Positions 63,394 through 64,000 of a stretch of 64,000 nt of DNA are shown here, piece by piece. How positions within the stretch are numbered: position 1 is the first letter of the stretch; the number at the start of each line of letters is the position of its first letter. The notes under the pieces were generated by a model that searched no databases, was not told the DNA's origin, and saw only the letters and a list, made by a program, of their open reading frames with translations. Origin of the DNA: Chiloscyllium plagiosum. Taxonomy: Eukaryota. A program made the position numbers and the translations under genes. Location: positions 70,725,018-70,789,017 of the forward strand of contig NC_057711.1 in assembly GCF_004010195.1 (NCBI RefSeq), read 5' to 3'.

Positions 63394-64000
63394 GGATCTA
63401 CTGGCTTTGGAGGCAATTCAAAAGAGATTCACTAGGCTAATTCCTTGGATGACTTTATCAAGAATGGCTAAACAAGCTAGGGTTTTATTTTGAGGGTGCT
63501 TAACAGGGTAGATGTTGAGAGGATGTTTCCACTCATGGGGGAATTTTGAATTAGGTAGCATAGTTACAGAAAAGGGGGATGCTCATTTAATGGACAAGGA
63601 ATTTCTATCCCATACAATAATGAATATCTGGAATTCTCAACTCCAGTAGACTATGGAGGCTAGATAACTGAGGAGGGAGATTAAAATATTAAGGAGTTGA
63701 GGGCTATGCTAAGCAGCCGCAAAAGAAGAGTTGAAGCCTGGATCAATCTTTTCAAATATAGGGCAGACATAGGGGCTGAATGGTCAACCCCTTTTCTTAT
63801 GTCTTGCATTCCTGTGTAGACAAAAATAAGGAAGTGTCATGATTTGTGAAAATAGGAATTCATCTTTTAATTTGTGCTGTCAGATTAAGTTAAAAGATAG
63901 ACTGATGTAGATTTCTATGATTCCATTTTCTCATCCTGGTTCTGGATGCTATCAACAAATAGCTTACACAAACATTGTCAAAGTATCATGGGTGTCTTTT

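Larger units (their letters stand above)
60560..63810 (+). mobile_element. Old internally deleted CR1 (ORF1, APE start, RT, 3' UTR) with two nested insertions
   Basis: 60600-61140 is homologous to ORF1 54545..55165. LKALYLN at ~61360, VTSGVPQ at ~61530. RT resumes at 62392 and 63398. Confidence 0.85.

Overview
This is eukaryotic, AT-rich, repeat-dense non-coding DNA from a cartilaginous fish. The shark assignment is inferred from HE1-type V-SINEs, DeuSINE-type SINEs and CR1/HER1-type LINEs. I can support no intact host protein-coding gene. The first ~2.3 kb (possibly ~4.2 kb) looks like the distal 3' UTR and poly(A) region of a + strand gene whose CDS lies left of the window. The rest is intergenic or intronic DNA with decayed CR1-group and L2 LINEs, SINEs, solo LTRs, a ~1.2 kb (TCTTCTTCCTCC)n array and several repeat-free blocks that may be conserved enhancers. 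The most interesting signal is a set of Penelope-like elements carrying minimal hammerhead ribozyme motifs. One is an inverted GIY-YIG-encoding insertion with a 13-bp TSD (20614-21850). Several others are tiny 54-130 bp non-coding mobile copies with TSDs. One of these (56465-56518) begins exactly at the predicted ribozyme cleavage site and is flanked by a perfect 70-bp duplication. Family names come from motif recognition, not database searches, and boundaries of old repeats are approximate.
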